From the human T2T-CHM13v2.0 reference genome, Homo sapiens, in NCBI RefSeq assembly GCF_009914755.1, contig NC_060926.1: DNA of 64,000 nt. One strand, 5' to 3'. Under the pieces are notes generated by a model. The model saw nothing but the letters and a program-made list of their open reading frames with translations, was not told where the DNA came from and made no database searches. A program made the position numbers and the translations under genes. Positions within the stretch are counted from its first letter, which is position 1; the number at the start of each line of letters is the position of its first letter. This document shows, one piece after another, positions 39,649 to 52,105 of this stretch.

Positions 39649-39859
39649 AGGCTTATGTGTGAATCAGCCCCCATTGAGCTACAACCTGTTGAAGTTTACA
39701 AGTGGACTCCCGATAAATGGAGAGCTGATGGTATTTCTGGACTATAATGTTAGAGGAAAGTCACTGGATACAGTGACTTTCTGTTATAGCTCTATAACGC
39801 TCCACCAGTTTTCATCTGCAAGAGTCCCAGAGTTTTACTATATTTGAAGACAGATCTAT

Positions 39860-39944
39860 ACTAAAGTAACACTGATACATTCATTATTTATTATGTATCT
39901 GCAAGATATCAAACACATGCAGTAATGATGAACAAGACATACAT
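39860..39944 (+). repeat. About 85-bp direct repeat, copy 2
   Basis: actaaagtaacactgatacattcattatttattatgtatct..cagtaatgatgaacaagacatacat. Confidence 0.88.
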
Positions 39945-40341
39945 GCATGTCAGACATACATGCATATATGCAAATATGTACAAGTGGTCTTGAAGATTTT
40001 AATGTTCAGTGATTTCACTAGTAATGAGACAGCTTTTGAGGACCTAAAAAAAATCTCTACTCACACTTCTCAATTGATATCTGATGGGGAATGTTGAAAC
40101 GAACCAGTAGACCATATATCAGTTCTCTGATACACAAATAAAATGTTTTCAGCTCTAGGTTAATGAGCCTATGCTCATTTGCATGCTTGGCTTCCATTTA
40201 AAATTCTTTTGCATTTCATTACAATAATTTTTTCCCTCTGCTCTAAGGTCATTGTTTCCATTAAGTTATAGTATAAATCCCCTTATTTTCAAGAATATGA
40301 TCTCTTTACGACACTATACACGAAGATCTGTGTTTTAAATT

Positions 40342-40767
40342 TGATATGGTTTGAATGTTTGTCCCCTCCAGATCTCATGTTGAAATGTGATTCCCAATGT
40401 CAAAGGTAAGGCCCAGTGGGAGGTGATTGGATCATGGGGGCAGATCCCTCATGAATGGTTTAACACCATCCCCTTGGTGATAAGCGAGTTCTTGCTCAGT
40501 TACTTCATGTGAGATCTGCTTGTTTAAAAGTATGTGGCACCTCTCCCCTCACTCTCTTGCTCCCATTCTCACCATGTGGTATGCTGGCTCCCAGTCATCT
40601 TCTGCCATGATTGTAAGCTTCCTGAGGCCCTCACCAGAAGCTGAGCAGATGTTGGCATCATGCTTCTTGTACAGCGTACAGAACCATGAACCAAATAAAC
40701 CTCTTTTCTTTAAAAATTACCCAGGCTCAAGTATTCCCTTACAGCAATGCAAAAACAGCCTAACCCA
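40342..40767 (+). mobile_element. MST (MSTB-like) solo LTR, MaLR
   Basis: tgatatggtttgaatgtttgtcccctcc...aataaacctcttttcttt...cctaaccca, 426 bp; TSD aaatt/gaatt. Confidence 0.92.
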
Positions 40768-40910
40768 GAATTCTCAATTTATAGTATCTCATCCAGACTG
40801 CCTCTCAACTGGAATTTAGAGAGGTAGTGACTTGGAACCAGTTTGGACGTGTCATTGTTTTAACACAAATGTTTATAGACTCAACATAAAATTAGTTTTT
40901 TAATCTTTTA

Positions 40911-41087
40911 CAGTAGGGTTTCTCTGGGTGGCTGGTACCACCCATCTCCACTCCAACAGAATCACCTGGGGAGGAGAAGCCTGGGCCCACAGCTGAACTG
41001 GAATCTCTAGAAATGGTGTTCGGGAAGTTGCATGTGTAATAAGTACCAAGGGAAACTCATTTCACACTGAAGTTTGACAGCCAGTGC
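40911..41087. mobile_element. MER5-type MITE
   Basis: cagaatcacctgggg..ctggaatctct..cactgaagtttgacagccagtg. Confidence 0.6.
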
Positions 41088-42369
41088 CTTATAGTGAAGT
41101 TCTACCTTAATATCACTAAGGATAAAATTGCATACTACCATTTGAATCTGTTTTATTACTGGAGGAAATGCTGTTTTCAGTACTTATGTACTTTGTTTAC
41201 TACCTTTGCTGAACATTTTGTGTACTGTGAGTAAATTTTTAAGGGTATTCATTCAGCTCATAGAAAGTATGTTGTGCTTTCTTGATATGTAAGTTATGAA
41301 TGATGGATTCAACTGAAGTCTAATTATATTGATCATGAATGGACTAATGTCTAAAATCAAATTGACTAGGACCTAGATCATATTCCTTTGTATTTTTTCA
41401 AGTGTAGTCTCTGACTGTGTCAGGTAAGATATTCATTGTTTTTTATTTTTTTCTATGAAATTGTTTCAAATGTACTTTAATTAGATCATAATTCTACAGA
41501 AAGCCATCGAGCCAGACACAAGTACTAGGGCTTCAAAACAGAATTGAACTCAGTGTTTGCCCTTGGGAAGATTGCAGCCTCTGCAAGGCAGGGGTGAGGG
41601 GCAGATATGGAAGCCTTGTGTTAAAATATAAAACCGTGGTACCATGGTTTTAAGTAAAGCAAGGTACCGTGGGAGTAGAGAGAAGCAGGGCAAGGGTGAC
41701 TATCTGAAAAGGCTGGGTTTTACAAAGATGACTGTGTTCTGTTTGAGTGCAAGCCAGTCAGCCAGACAAGTGAAGACATTCCCACAAGGTCACCCAGGAC
41801 ATAAGGAATACCAGAACTTGGTTCTCCTAGATCAAAACTTCACTCATCAAGCTTTCTACAAGAACCTGGCCTTTCAAGAGCACACTGGCTTCCCTTTTCT
41901 CACACCCAAAACTTTCTCTGGTAGTAAGATGTTAAGAGTGATACATTTCCGTTTCAGGCCACTAACATGCTATTTAATTCATTCCAGCAATAACTAAATG
42001 GGAACCTACCTTTAAAAGATGCCAAAAGCAACATCCTGCTAATTGATTGCCACATCTATTAAATCTCCAGAGAGAATCTGACTCCCTAGATTTTAAATAT
42101 AGTTGAGATATTATGATGATGTTTTCTGATTTAAGCCCTCCATAAATTAGATGCAATGATTATAGTATCTGTTGTCACTTCATTTTTGCTCTATCTCCAG
42201 TCACGCTTCTGCCTTCATTAATTCGGAATGAAATATCACAAGACATTAATGTAGCACTTGGAGATAGGAGGGCTACATTTTTATAGCCTCAATATGAAAT
42301 TGTACTTAAAAGACTCATAAGCCTTTACTGGAATAGCAGGGGGGAAAAGGCACTGCTCATCTTCTATAA

Positions 42370-42505
42370 GCCTCTTAATAACCTTCCTGGATAGTTATGG
42401 ATGAGGAAACTAGGGCTCAGAGATGCCCAGGGTCACTCTGCAAGTAATTACCAGAGCCAAAACATGCCCAGGTCTTTCTACTCAAAATACAAGGCTCTTC
42501 TAGTA
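42370..42505 (-). mobile_element. MIR fragment
   Basis: gatgaggaaactagggctcagagatgcccagggtcac. Confidence 0.7.
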
Positions 42506-42675
42506 CACCCTCTAATCTTCTGGGGATTCTTTTAAAACAGTTTCTTGACTGTTTGCAATGAAAGGCATTATTGCCAATATGTAAACAAAAACAAAAATCT
42601 TGGCATCCTCCATCACTTTATCGTCAGTGTTTTTAGTTTATCACTTCACAGTCATTATTTGGTGTTTTCTTACAG

Positions 42676-42882
42676 AAGGCAACAGACTACTGCAACAGAA
42701 ACTATCCTTAGATGGGAACCCCAAACCTATACATGGAACAACAGAGAGGTCAGATGGCCTACAGTGGTCAGCTGAGCAGCCTTGTAACCCAAGCAAGCCT
42801 AAGGCAAAAACATCTCCTGTTAAGTCCAATACCCCTGCAGCTCATCTTGAAATAAAGCCAGATGAGTTGGCAAAGAAAAGAG
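42676..42882 (+). CDS. SPATS2L: SPATS2L coding exon D (207 nt, symmetric phase 1-1; EGNRLLQQKLSLDGNPKP...DELAKKR)
   Basis: Acceptor ttttcttacag; donor AGAG|gtaaag; lies within ORF 42600..43016. Confidence 0.95.
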
Positions 42883-44202
42883 GTAAAGTGATTTCTTTTG
42901 CACAAATGATTCAACATATTTTGCACATACAGAAAAGTGCCAGAGTGACAGAACTTTCCAAAAGATGCTGCTTAGTGAAGAGAGATGCACATGAAATTGC
43001 ATTTTTTTTTCTGTGACCCACATAGATGGAAAGGCAGAGGTGATTCCTCCCATGTAATCAAAGGTCTTGAATATTTAAATAGAATTACATCTCCTTTCTC
43101 TGCCCCTCTGAGACCATTCTTGTTGTAGGCATGGATAAACTTACACCACAAGTACCTTCTATCCTAATATCTTATAAAGCAAGTGCTCATTCAGGAGCTC
43201 TTTTAAAAATGTAACTGCTAAAAGGGACTCATGTTTCCCTGATACACAATTGCTTGACTTGCATTGAACAAAGATGAGTCTGGAGGCTGGTATATGTTCT
43301 TCAGATATGGTCTTCCCAATGTAAATTCAGTTCTGTGTTAGAATTTACACACAATGTAACATTGAAAGAGGGTTTTATATTTGACACGCTGGATTTTTAT
43401 GATTTTTCTGAGCTTGGATATACTTGATACGTAACTGGTATTAAAAATGAAAATCACTTCCTTTCTGATTCCCAGAAGATTAAATACTATTCTTTTCATT
43501 CAGCCTCAGTTGTATCTGATTTCCTTGGCTTTGGTTTGATCTACTTTCTCATTTTTCTTGAGGGGGATTTCTTTCTTCTACCAAACATGGCCTGATTGTG
43601 ATAAGTACAATCTGCCTGTTTGTGATGTACTATCTGTAGACCCTGGTGACAGTTGCAGGAAATCAGGCGAGATGGGCACCCATAGAGCTGCTTTCAATGC
43701 TGCTGCTCTAATTACAGGCCTGGCTTCGGATGATGGGGCCAGTGCCAGCGTACCTGGCATTGATGCCCCATCCTCTCTCTATCTCATTTGTACCTCTCCC
43801 AGTCTCTGTGTCATTTTCCTCTTCCAAAAGCCCTGCTGGCTTTTAACCACGCAAAGTGGTGTTTATAGAGAGAGCCAGCAGCACAAATGGTCTTTAGACG
43901 TATCAGATTCTAAGGCGCTGCAGTTTGTGATAGAATATAATGATGACAGCCTCCTTCCAAAGAGTGCAGGAGACAAGCGTACCCCAGATGGCCCAGTCAG
44001 AGACCCCACTGGTGAAATCATAACAGCCTCAGGTGCCACACAAGCCACCCACACTGGGTTACAAACATTCTCCTGATGGAACTTTTACTAGACAAAAGAT
44101 GAGTCCCTTTTTCTGGTGGGCTAATTGCTTTGTTTTGTTGTTTAGCTTACAAACAAAGGATTAAATGCTCAAGTTAATAATATTTTTTGACATCAATTTT
44201 AG

Positions 44203-44338
44203 GCCCAAATATTGAGAAATCAGTGAAGGATTTGCAACGCTGCACCGTTTCTCTAACTAGATATCGCGTCATGATTAAGGAAGAAGTGGATAGTTCCGTG
44301 AAGAAGATCAAAGCTGCCTTTGCTGAATTACACAACTG
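44203..44338 (+). CDS. SPATS2L: SPATS2L coding exon E (136 nt; GPNIEKSVKDLQRCTVSLTRYRVMIKEEVDSSVKKIKAAFAELHN), DUF1387 coiled-coil region
   Basis: Acceptor caattttag; donor CTG|gtgagt; phase 1 to 2. Confidence 0.96.
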
Positions 44339-44963
44339 GTGAGTGATTCAACGTAGGAACCATAAATTTGTGATGCTTGAGCTGTTCCAACAGGTAAAAG
44401 TATCAGATGGAAAACGTTGTTTATTTAATACATAAACATCACAGAATAACTCTCCAGCAAATTTTGTTAAGCCCTGCAGGCAGTAGCATGTATCTTGGGA
44501 ATAAAAAAGAAGATAAAGTATTTGAATAAAAAGAAACCTGATAGACATAATTCACTGGAGTTTGAAGTTGGCCCAAAACTATGAATGATGTAAAACAAAA
44601 CCTCAACAAAGAATAAAACCTCAAAAAATAGTATTTTTGACAAATCCCTGGAAGGCTAATATCATGAATACTACTAGGAAAACAAAATATTTTCCAGCAC
44701 TATAATTATAAAATAAGAAGAATTCCCTTAACGAAATTCAGAAACATCTCACATAAGCTTAGCAACAGAGTCCCATTCTTGGGTATCTTTAAGACTAGAA
44801 TTTAAACATGGTGCATCAATATGGTTTTGGTCCTGCCTTGCCCTTCCCTGCTACTGATTTTGATGGAAAATGTTTGAACCCTGTATATTTGCTCATGTCT
44901 ACAATTGAAATGATATATCTGTTAATAAAGGTTTAGTTATTAACAGTAGAAAAATGTTCTCAG

Positions 44964-45375
44964 CGTATCGGTTAGGTCTCTTTCAGTTTGGAGTGGCAGA
45001 AATCAAGTCACAGAAGTTAAAGACAAAAGAGAATTTATTGGCTGATATACATGAAAATTACAGAAGTTTCCTTCAGACAAATTTGACTGTAAATCCTCAT
45101 TATGTTATCAGGACTCAGTCTGTCTCACCCTCTCTCCTTCCTCTCTCCTGGTGTCTCCCACAGTCTCCTAGCTCTGTCCATTCTTGGCTTTTTTCTTAGG
45201 CACCATCTCTCTTTGTGGTAGCAAAGATGACCCCCTCACAGCTGCCAGATTACATAATCCTTAGCCCTCTGATGATCTGAGAGAGGGCTTCATCTGAAAT
45301 AGCAAAAGTCCAAAGGCTGGCACATATCCACCATGCCCAAGCTCATTAACATATTCTCTATATCTCATTGGCCTC
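44964..45375 (-). mobile_element. Old MLT1-family LTR fragment
   Basis: gtatcggttagg..aaaagagaatttattggct; gtggtagcaaagatgacc; subfamily uncertain. Confidence 0.55.
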
Positions 45376-45892
45376 CCGTGATTCTAGAATTTGATCACTT
45401 CTTCTGCATGCTTTTCCTATTCCAGGTCCTTGCTTTGACATTGATGTGCTTTTTAGCAGAAACTGTGTGTAAAACTAAGAATTAAGCTTAACACTAATCT
45501 AAAATGCATGAATTTTAAACCATCTGCTATGTATCATATAAGATCCTAAGGGTGCAGAAGACACTAGGAACTTAAAAGAAAACTTTCTCCTTCAGTTATC
45601 ATTCAGCCTCTCAGAGGCCCTCTGAGGGGAGGATTCATCTACCTCCCCCCAACCCCAGTCATGGCATCTGGATGTCAACGAAAGTCTTCTCTGTTTGATC
45701 ATATTATAACCTAACCAATTGTTGAAAGCAACTCCAAGAATATGTTTGAGTACCTAGAGAAATTAAAGATGCTATACAAATGAAAATTGTTATTACTATT
45801 ATTTTATAGTTTTATAACTTTCCAATCTGTCTTTAGGTAAGTTACCTTAACACTTAGAAGTACACCCAGCTTCCAGGGCTGTTCTCTAGAGC

Positions 45893-46062
45893 CAGGGTCT
45901 GCAGACTTTATGGGGCCAACTAGTAACTATCCTAAGCATTATGGCCTTAAGGTCTCTATGCAGCTACCCAGCTCTGCTGTTGCTGCTCAAAGGCAGCCCT
46001 AGATAATCAAAAAGGCTGTGGGCCAGATTTGGCTCATGAGGGTCATTGTTTGTCAACCCCTG
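45893..46062. mobile_element. MER58-type hAT-Charlie MITE
   Basis: Termini cagggtctgcagact...tttgtcaacccctg; 8-bp TSD tctagagc/tctagagg. Confidence 0.85.
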
Positions 46063-48601
46063 TCTAGAGGCATTAGTTAGCTGTTCAGAGAAGACCACTC
46101 TGTCTTACTCTTTAGTGTGGCCTTTTAGAATAAACTCTTCCTCTGAGCCCTCTGTGTGATACCTTCCATCTGAGTGACTCATATACTAATTGACAAAGTG
46201 TAGCAATGCCCTCAAATTACCTCTCTCTTCTCCAGCTGCTCTGAGTACTTCTTATTTTATTTTATTTCTTAGTAAAATGAACATCACATGGGTCATGAGA
46301 CATCTTGAGATTTATAACAGATTCTGTGAGAGTTTTACTCCTCAAGAGCTGAAAGCGTGGGGCCAGGAAAGTCAACACCCAAGGAAATAGTATATTTTTT
46401 CTCTGCTTGTAATTCATGTTGTGTTTTAAACTGATGGAAAGAATCACTTCTGAATGAGCGCTGCCAAGTAGTACTGCTGTTTAAAAGCCACCTACTTAAC
46501 AAAATGGCACTTTTTCTGCAAACCAAAGAAGACATTTAGATCAACCATTTTGGTATGCCATTGCTATAAAATGAGTAAACAGCACCACTTATTTTCTGAT
46601 CTAATCCTTAATAAAAGTGATCCCACAATAATTGCATAAATGTTAACTTAAAAATAAAACCAAAGTGCTCTTTAAAATCAACTATGCATGCCTGCCAAAC
46701 AGAAAAACCTTGCCTCTGTTCCAAATGAGCTTGCAGCCCAGCAAACATGGTGACATACTTGAATAAAGCCTCCCTCTTGTTTTCTAAGAGGAAGAAAATG
46801 AATTTTAGGGATTATGGTGCTCTTGAAATATCAGGTCACAAAATTGAAGATGGCAGCTTGGAAATTTTTGTTAATGAAATTTTCCTATTGATGGTGAAAT
46901 CCTGCATTCTAAGCATTAGAGAAAACTTTGAGTGAACTATAGGTGTGTTAGAATGTACTCATTTTAATGCAGTTGTAGCCTCAGGATTACATCATGAGGC
47001 ATATCTAGATTTGGAGGACATGGGATAAGTCCTGTGGAGATTTCCAGAAAGAATGCCAGTTCTGAGAGAGATGTCACCGCATGTGGTGCACAAGCGACAT
47101 AGATGTATACCTTCCGTTTCCAGTTCCTCTTCTCCTCTCCTTGCTTTGGGCCACCCAGTTATCCTAACCACAAAGTACTCAACAAGCATTTCGTGTAGTT
47201 GAGAACTAGAAACTCAGGTCAGACATTCTAAATATTCACTTTGCTACCAAAAAGTGCCAGCATAAGGACCTGAGTCCTGCTTGACTAAACTCCCTGAAAA
47301 GTACTGCTGGAATTCATGAGAATGATGATTTTGAGAGGCTGGGAGCAAGCTGTTGTTTGCATATCCTCAAAACCAAGCAAGCACACATCAAGGTAAAATG
47401 AACGAAATGATCTCTCTTCCAACCGGGCTGTGAAGAATACTTTGTTCAGTACAGTTATTGAAGAAAACCACTAAGTAGCTAAAATGTAAAATCAAAGTTG
47501 GCATTTAAGCAGGATACAGTTACGTAGGCTGCATGACCATAACAGAGCATTCTCATTTTCCCAGAAAGAATTAGGGATTTGCGAGGGGAATAAAGATGAT
47601 ACAATGCTCTCACAATGCATCTTAACAGAAAATAAATTTTGCGACATGAGCATCTGTGTGAAAAGTCACATCAGGAACTAACATGAAACAGCTGGTTTCT
47701 TTTCTGTATGATTGGCCTCCTACCACAACTGGAAAATATTCATCCTTTGGAATCATAGCTGCCAGATTTAATTGCTTTATATGCAGACTAGTCTAGCTTC
47801 TCATCACAAATCTGTGTCTGTGTGTCCAAGTTGATTGTGAAGACTTAAAATGAGCAATAAAACATTAAATTCAAAAAAACATTGAGGAAGGAGAATAATA
47901 CTTGATAGTTCCGCCATATGCTGGGGGGAAAAGTATTCCAAAATAGAGCTGTAAAAATTCTGTTAGGTGCTATTGTCAATTTAACATCTAATTAAAAGCA
48001 CCCTAAGAAAATGGAAGACGGTAATGAGCCAATGGGGTAGCGTGTGTGCTGGGCATGGGGAGGCATAAAGAGGCTCTAGAGAATGGGGGCTGGAGGGAGC
48101 AGTCCTTTTAGGCAGCTTTGTTTTCCAAGAGGAAAGGGAAATCTGTGAAAGCATGTATTCTGTACCAGTGGGCCAGAAATGTTCCTATACTTTGTGTTTC
48201 TTTTTTCCCGAAGCAATGCCAAGTCTGGCCCAAGCAGAATTTGAAAGTAGGTCAGGAGTCTCAGCTCCCCGCACCCTGAGCCCTGGCCCACTTCCCCTTC
48301 CTCTGCCAATTTTCCTGCGTCTTAGAGTTTCCTCCTTCCCAACAGACAGGGTGAACCTCCTGCTGCCCCATACAGGCCAGGGCTCCTCACCTCAATCAAG
48401 ATAGGTGTTTATAGTGGTGTCTCCATATCCCTTTTCTCTTTTTTTTTAACTATGGAAACTCAGTTATCTTATGTAACTTACTAAACTCATCCCTATGATA
48501 ACCATGTATCCTCCCTCTCAAAGTGACATATTTGCATACTAACAAATGCTCTGTTGAGACTCTCTCCCCCAGCCAAAAGACTACTCTAAAAGTGAGAATG
48601 T

Positions 48602-48887
48602 GGCAGGGCAAGGTGGAACACACCTGTAATCCTAGCACTTTGGGAGGCTGAGGCAGGAGTTTGAAACCAATCTGGGCAACACAGCGAGACCTTGTCTCTA
48701 CAAAAAGAAAAAAAAAATCAGCTAGGTGTGATGGTTCGTCTGTAGTTCCAGCTACTCGGGAGGCTGAGAGTGGGGAGGATCACTGGAGTCTAGGAAGTCG
48801 AGGCTGTGGTGAGCCGAGGTCGTGCCACTGCACTCCAGCTTGGGCAGCAGAGTGAGACCCTGCCTCAAAAAATAATTAATAATAAAA
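48602..48887 (+). mobile_element. AluJ with an internal deletion in the left arm
   Basis: TSD-like taaaagtgagaat/taaaagtgggact. Confidence 0.92.
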
Positions 48888-49607
48888 TAAAAGTGGGACT
48901 TTTAGGCAGAAGAAAAAGCTATTTTGAAATAAGTTTTATCTTTCTCATCCCTCAAATCCTTCTCATCTGCTACTGAAGCCCTGTTGATAGCCAAGGAAAA
49001 TCACACACAGATTATCAATGTGGTCAACAGGTGGCCCCACATACAAACCAGATGTCACCATTGACACTTTAAATATTGTGCACTTTTCCTAGGATGTGAT
49101 CTTGAGGTCTCCCATATGGGAAGTTGCCAGTGGCACTGCTGAGCATCAGAACCACGTATATGTAACTGTATGTCCCATATTCCCAGTTTGCTCTCCTTGG
49201 ATATCCAGATAATTTTAAATTGTTGAAACATATATCCTTGAAGCCCCTTTAGTTTGAGTCCAAGTAAGACCATCACTTTTGCAGATTTTTCAGAGCTGAT
49301 TCTTGCCATGTTGATTGGTTTTTTTTTCCCTACCCATATTCTCCAAATTTTAGCTGCTTTCGTGTGATTCCTGGCTTTCCAAACAATGATAAACCCTGGC
49401 TTTTCTGTGTCCTTTGGGTTTTTTATGTGTTCTCTTTGTGAACAACTTCACATTAAAAGATGATGCCTATATATTAATATCTACTTCTTTCCATACCAAA
49501 GTATATGTGTGTACACTATAAATAAAAACTCTTAGAGCTTTATAGTCCTCCCTTGCCTAAGTGCCGCCCCCAGAGATACTGATTGTACCACGCTTTTAAA
49601 AACAACA

Positions 49608-49900
49608 GGCCAGGCACAGTGGCTCACGCCTGTAATCCCAACACCTTGGAAGGCCGAGGCAGGAGGATTGCTTGAGCCCAGGAGTTCGAGACCAGCCTAG
49701 ACAACATGGAGAGACCCCATCTCTACAATTTTTTGATTAGCTGGGCATAGTGGTGTGTGCCTGTGGTCCCAGCCACTCAGGAGGCTGAGGTGGGAGGATC
49801 GCTTAAGCCCAGGAATTCAAGACTGCTGTGAGCCATGTTCGTGTCACTGCACTCCAGCCTAGGTGACAGAGTGAGACCCTGTCTCAATAAGAACCAAAAA
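49608..49900 (+). mobile_element. AluJ
   Basis: Dimeric Alu. Confidence 0.93.
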
Positions 49901-49980
49901 CAGATAATTCTCTTGACATCTGTGGTTGAAAACTGCTGGTTGAGAGTCTTGCAAAGGGAGTGATATGTCTAGGGCCACAG

Positions 49981-50177
49981 CAGTGGTTCTCAATGGGACA
50001 ATTTTGCCCCCAGGAGACCATTGATTTGGAAATATTTTTGGTTGTCACAGCCACAGGGAGAGAGTGCCGCTGGCATCCGTTAGGTAGAGGCTAGGGATGC
50101 TGCTAACCGTCTCTCCCACCTCTCCTGTAAGAATGAATTACCTGGCCCAAAATGTCTGTAGTGCTGGGAAAGCCTGG
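49981..50177. mobile_element. MER20 hAT-Charlie MITE
   Basis: cagtggttctcaa..aattttgcccccagg..tttttggttgtcac..gctggcatc..gtagaggctagggatgctgctaa. Confidence 0.88.
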
Positions 50178-51497
50178 GTGAGAGGAAAATGAGAGAAGAG
50201 TGCCTCATTTGTCCTGCCACCTCGGTTCTGCTGGAGCACCTTGAGGGAAGGATGGAGACTCTTCCCTTTGAAACATCCCTGATCATCTTGCCCCCAGTTG
50301 CCCTCCTAAGCCACCACTGGAGATATGAAAGAGGGACTTTCCAATCACATACCCAAAGAAACACTATATTTGTCTTCTCATTTCATAACAGTGCAGCAGG
50401 AAATATTTTTTCCATAGTGCCTGAAACGTAAACCCTCTCACTACACATTTTAAAGGTCAAATTACATTTTTGTCTCATTGAGATCAGAAAAACAATTATA
50501 CTGAAGTGTAGAAAATTGAAGGCTTTGCTTTATCGTCTGTTTTTCATCATAGAATTCTACTCAGTCCTTAGAAGAAAATGGAAAAATTAAGAACCAAAGG
50601 TTGTAGCTAATGATAGGCAGTCACTTTCATTAGCCATTCTGTTTCTACCTGAGTCTTTTTCTCATTTTGCAATAAAACCAAATATCACAGTGGGGACCAG
50701 GATTAGGATGAAGATCTGAGACATGTAAAGATAAATACAGTAAGGACTTGTTCCATTAAATGTCTGCTTGGGGGTTATTCTTTTTCTTTGACTTCAGCCA
50801 GGGAGCAATATTACTTGGTGTTTCTGGCATATCTGGCATATATCCAACTACTCTGATGCCAGTGACATACCCAGGTATGCCAGCCATTATGCTCTTTAAG
50901 CCAAATGAACAGAAGGTCTTTTACATATCTTACGGTGCCGTAGTGGTTGAACAAATACTTATTGGCCATTTTATTACTCTGTCTTAATTAGGAGATCACT
51001 GGAATTGTGGCATTATATATACTTTAACAGGTAAGCATAGGAAAAATACATATTAGGCGAAACAGGTCCTAGAATCAGATCTGTGTCACAGAATAGATGC
51101 TGTGACAACAAGCAAATTTGGGTTTTGAGTTCAGTCACATGGAAGATGTTGATATACACATGAGGAATGAGTCAAGATTCCATTGTTAAAGCAACGTGGC
51201 TGAAATTTGATAGTAAACACTCCTAGTGTACACTGAGAGTATCTGGGGTAGTATAGTGTAGTTGTACAGTAATAAGATGATGCTTTTCTCTGTGCCATTC
51301 AACAAGGCATGTTTATAATAGGATTACCAGTAGGAAAGTTGCCTTTAGGAGCCTTTTCAGCCACTTAGCATTGTTATATAATAATTTTTAAAAGCTTTCA
51401 ATTCCCTGTTTAATTATCAGGAATGTGTTAAACAATTACTAAATTTTGTTAATTCCTTAGATTAAACAAGTAGTGAAGACAAAAATCAAGGGTTTGG

Positions 51498-51709
51498 CCA
51501 GCTGGAGCAACACAGGGAGACCTCATCTCTACAAAAAATTTTAAAATTAGCCAGATGTGGTGGTACAGTCCTTTAGTCCCAGCTACTCAGGAGGCTGAGG
51601 TGGGAGGATCATTTGAGCCCCCAGGTTGAGGCTGTGAGATAAGCCGTGATCATGCCATTATACTCCAGGCTGGGCAACAGAGAAAGACCCTGTCTCAAAA
51701 ACAAACAAA
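51498..51709 (+). mobile_element. 5'-truncated AluJ
   Basis: Partial left arm, right arm and A-rich tail. Confidence 0.9.
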
Positions 51710-51710
51710 C

Positions 51711-52105
<395 letters not shown>

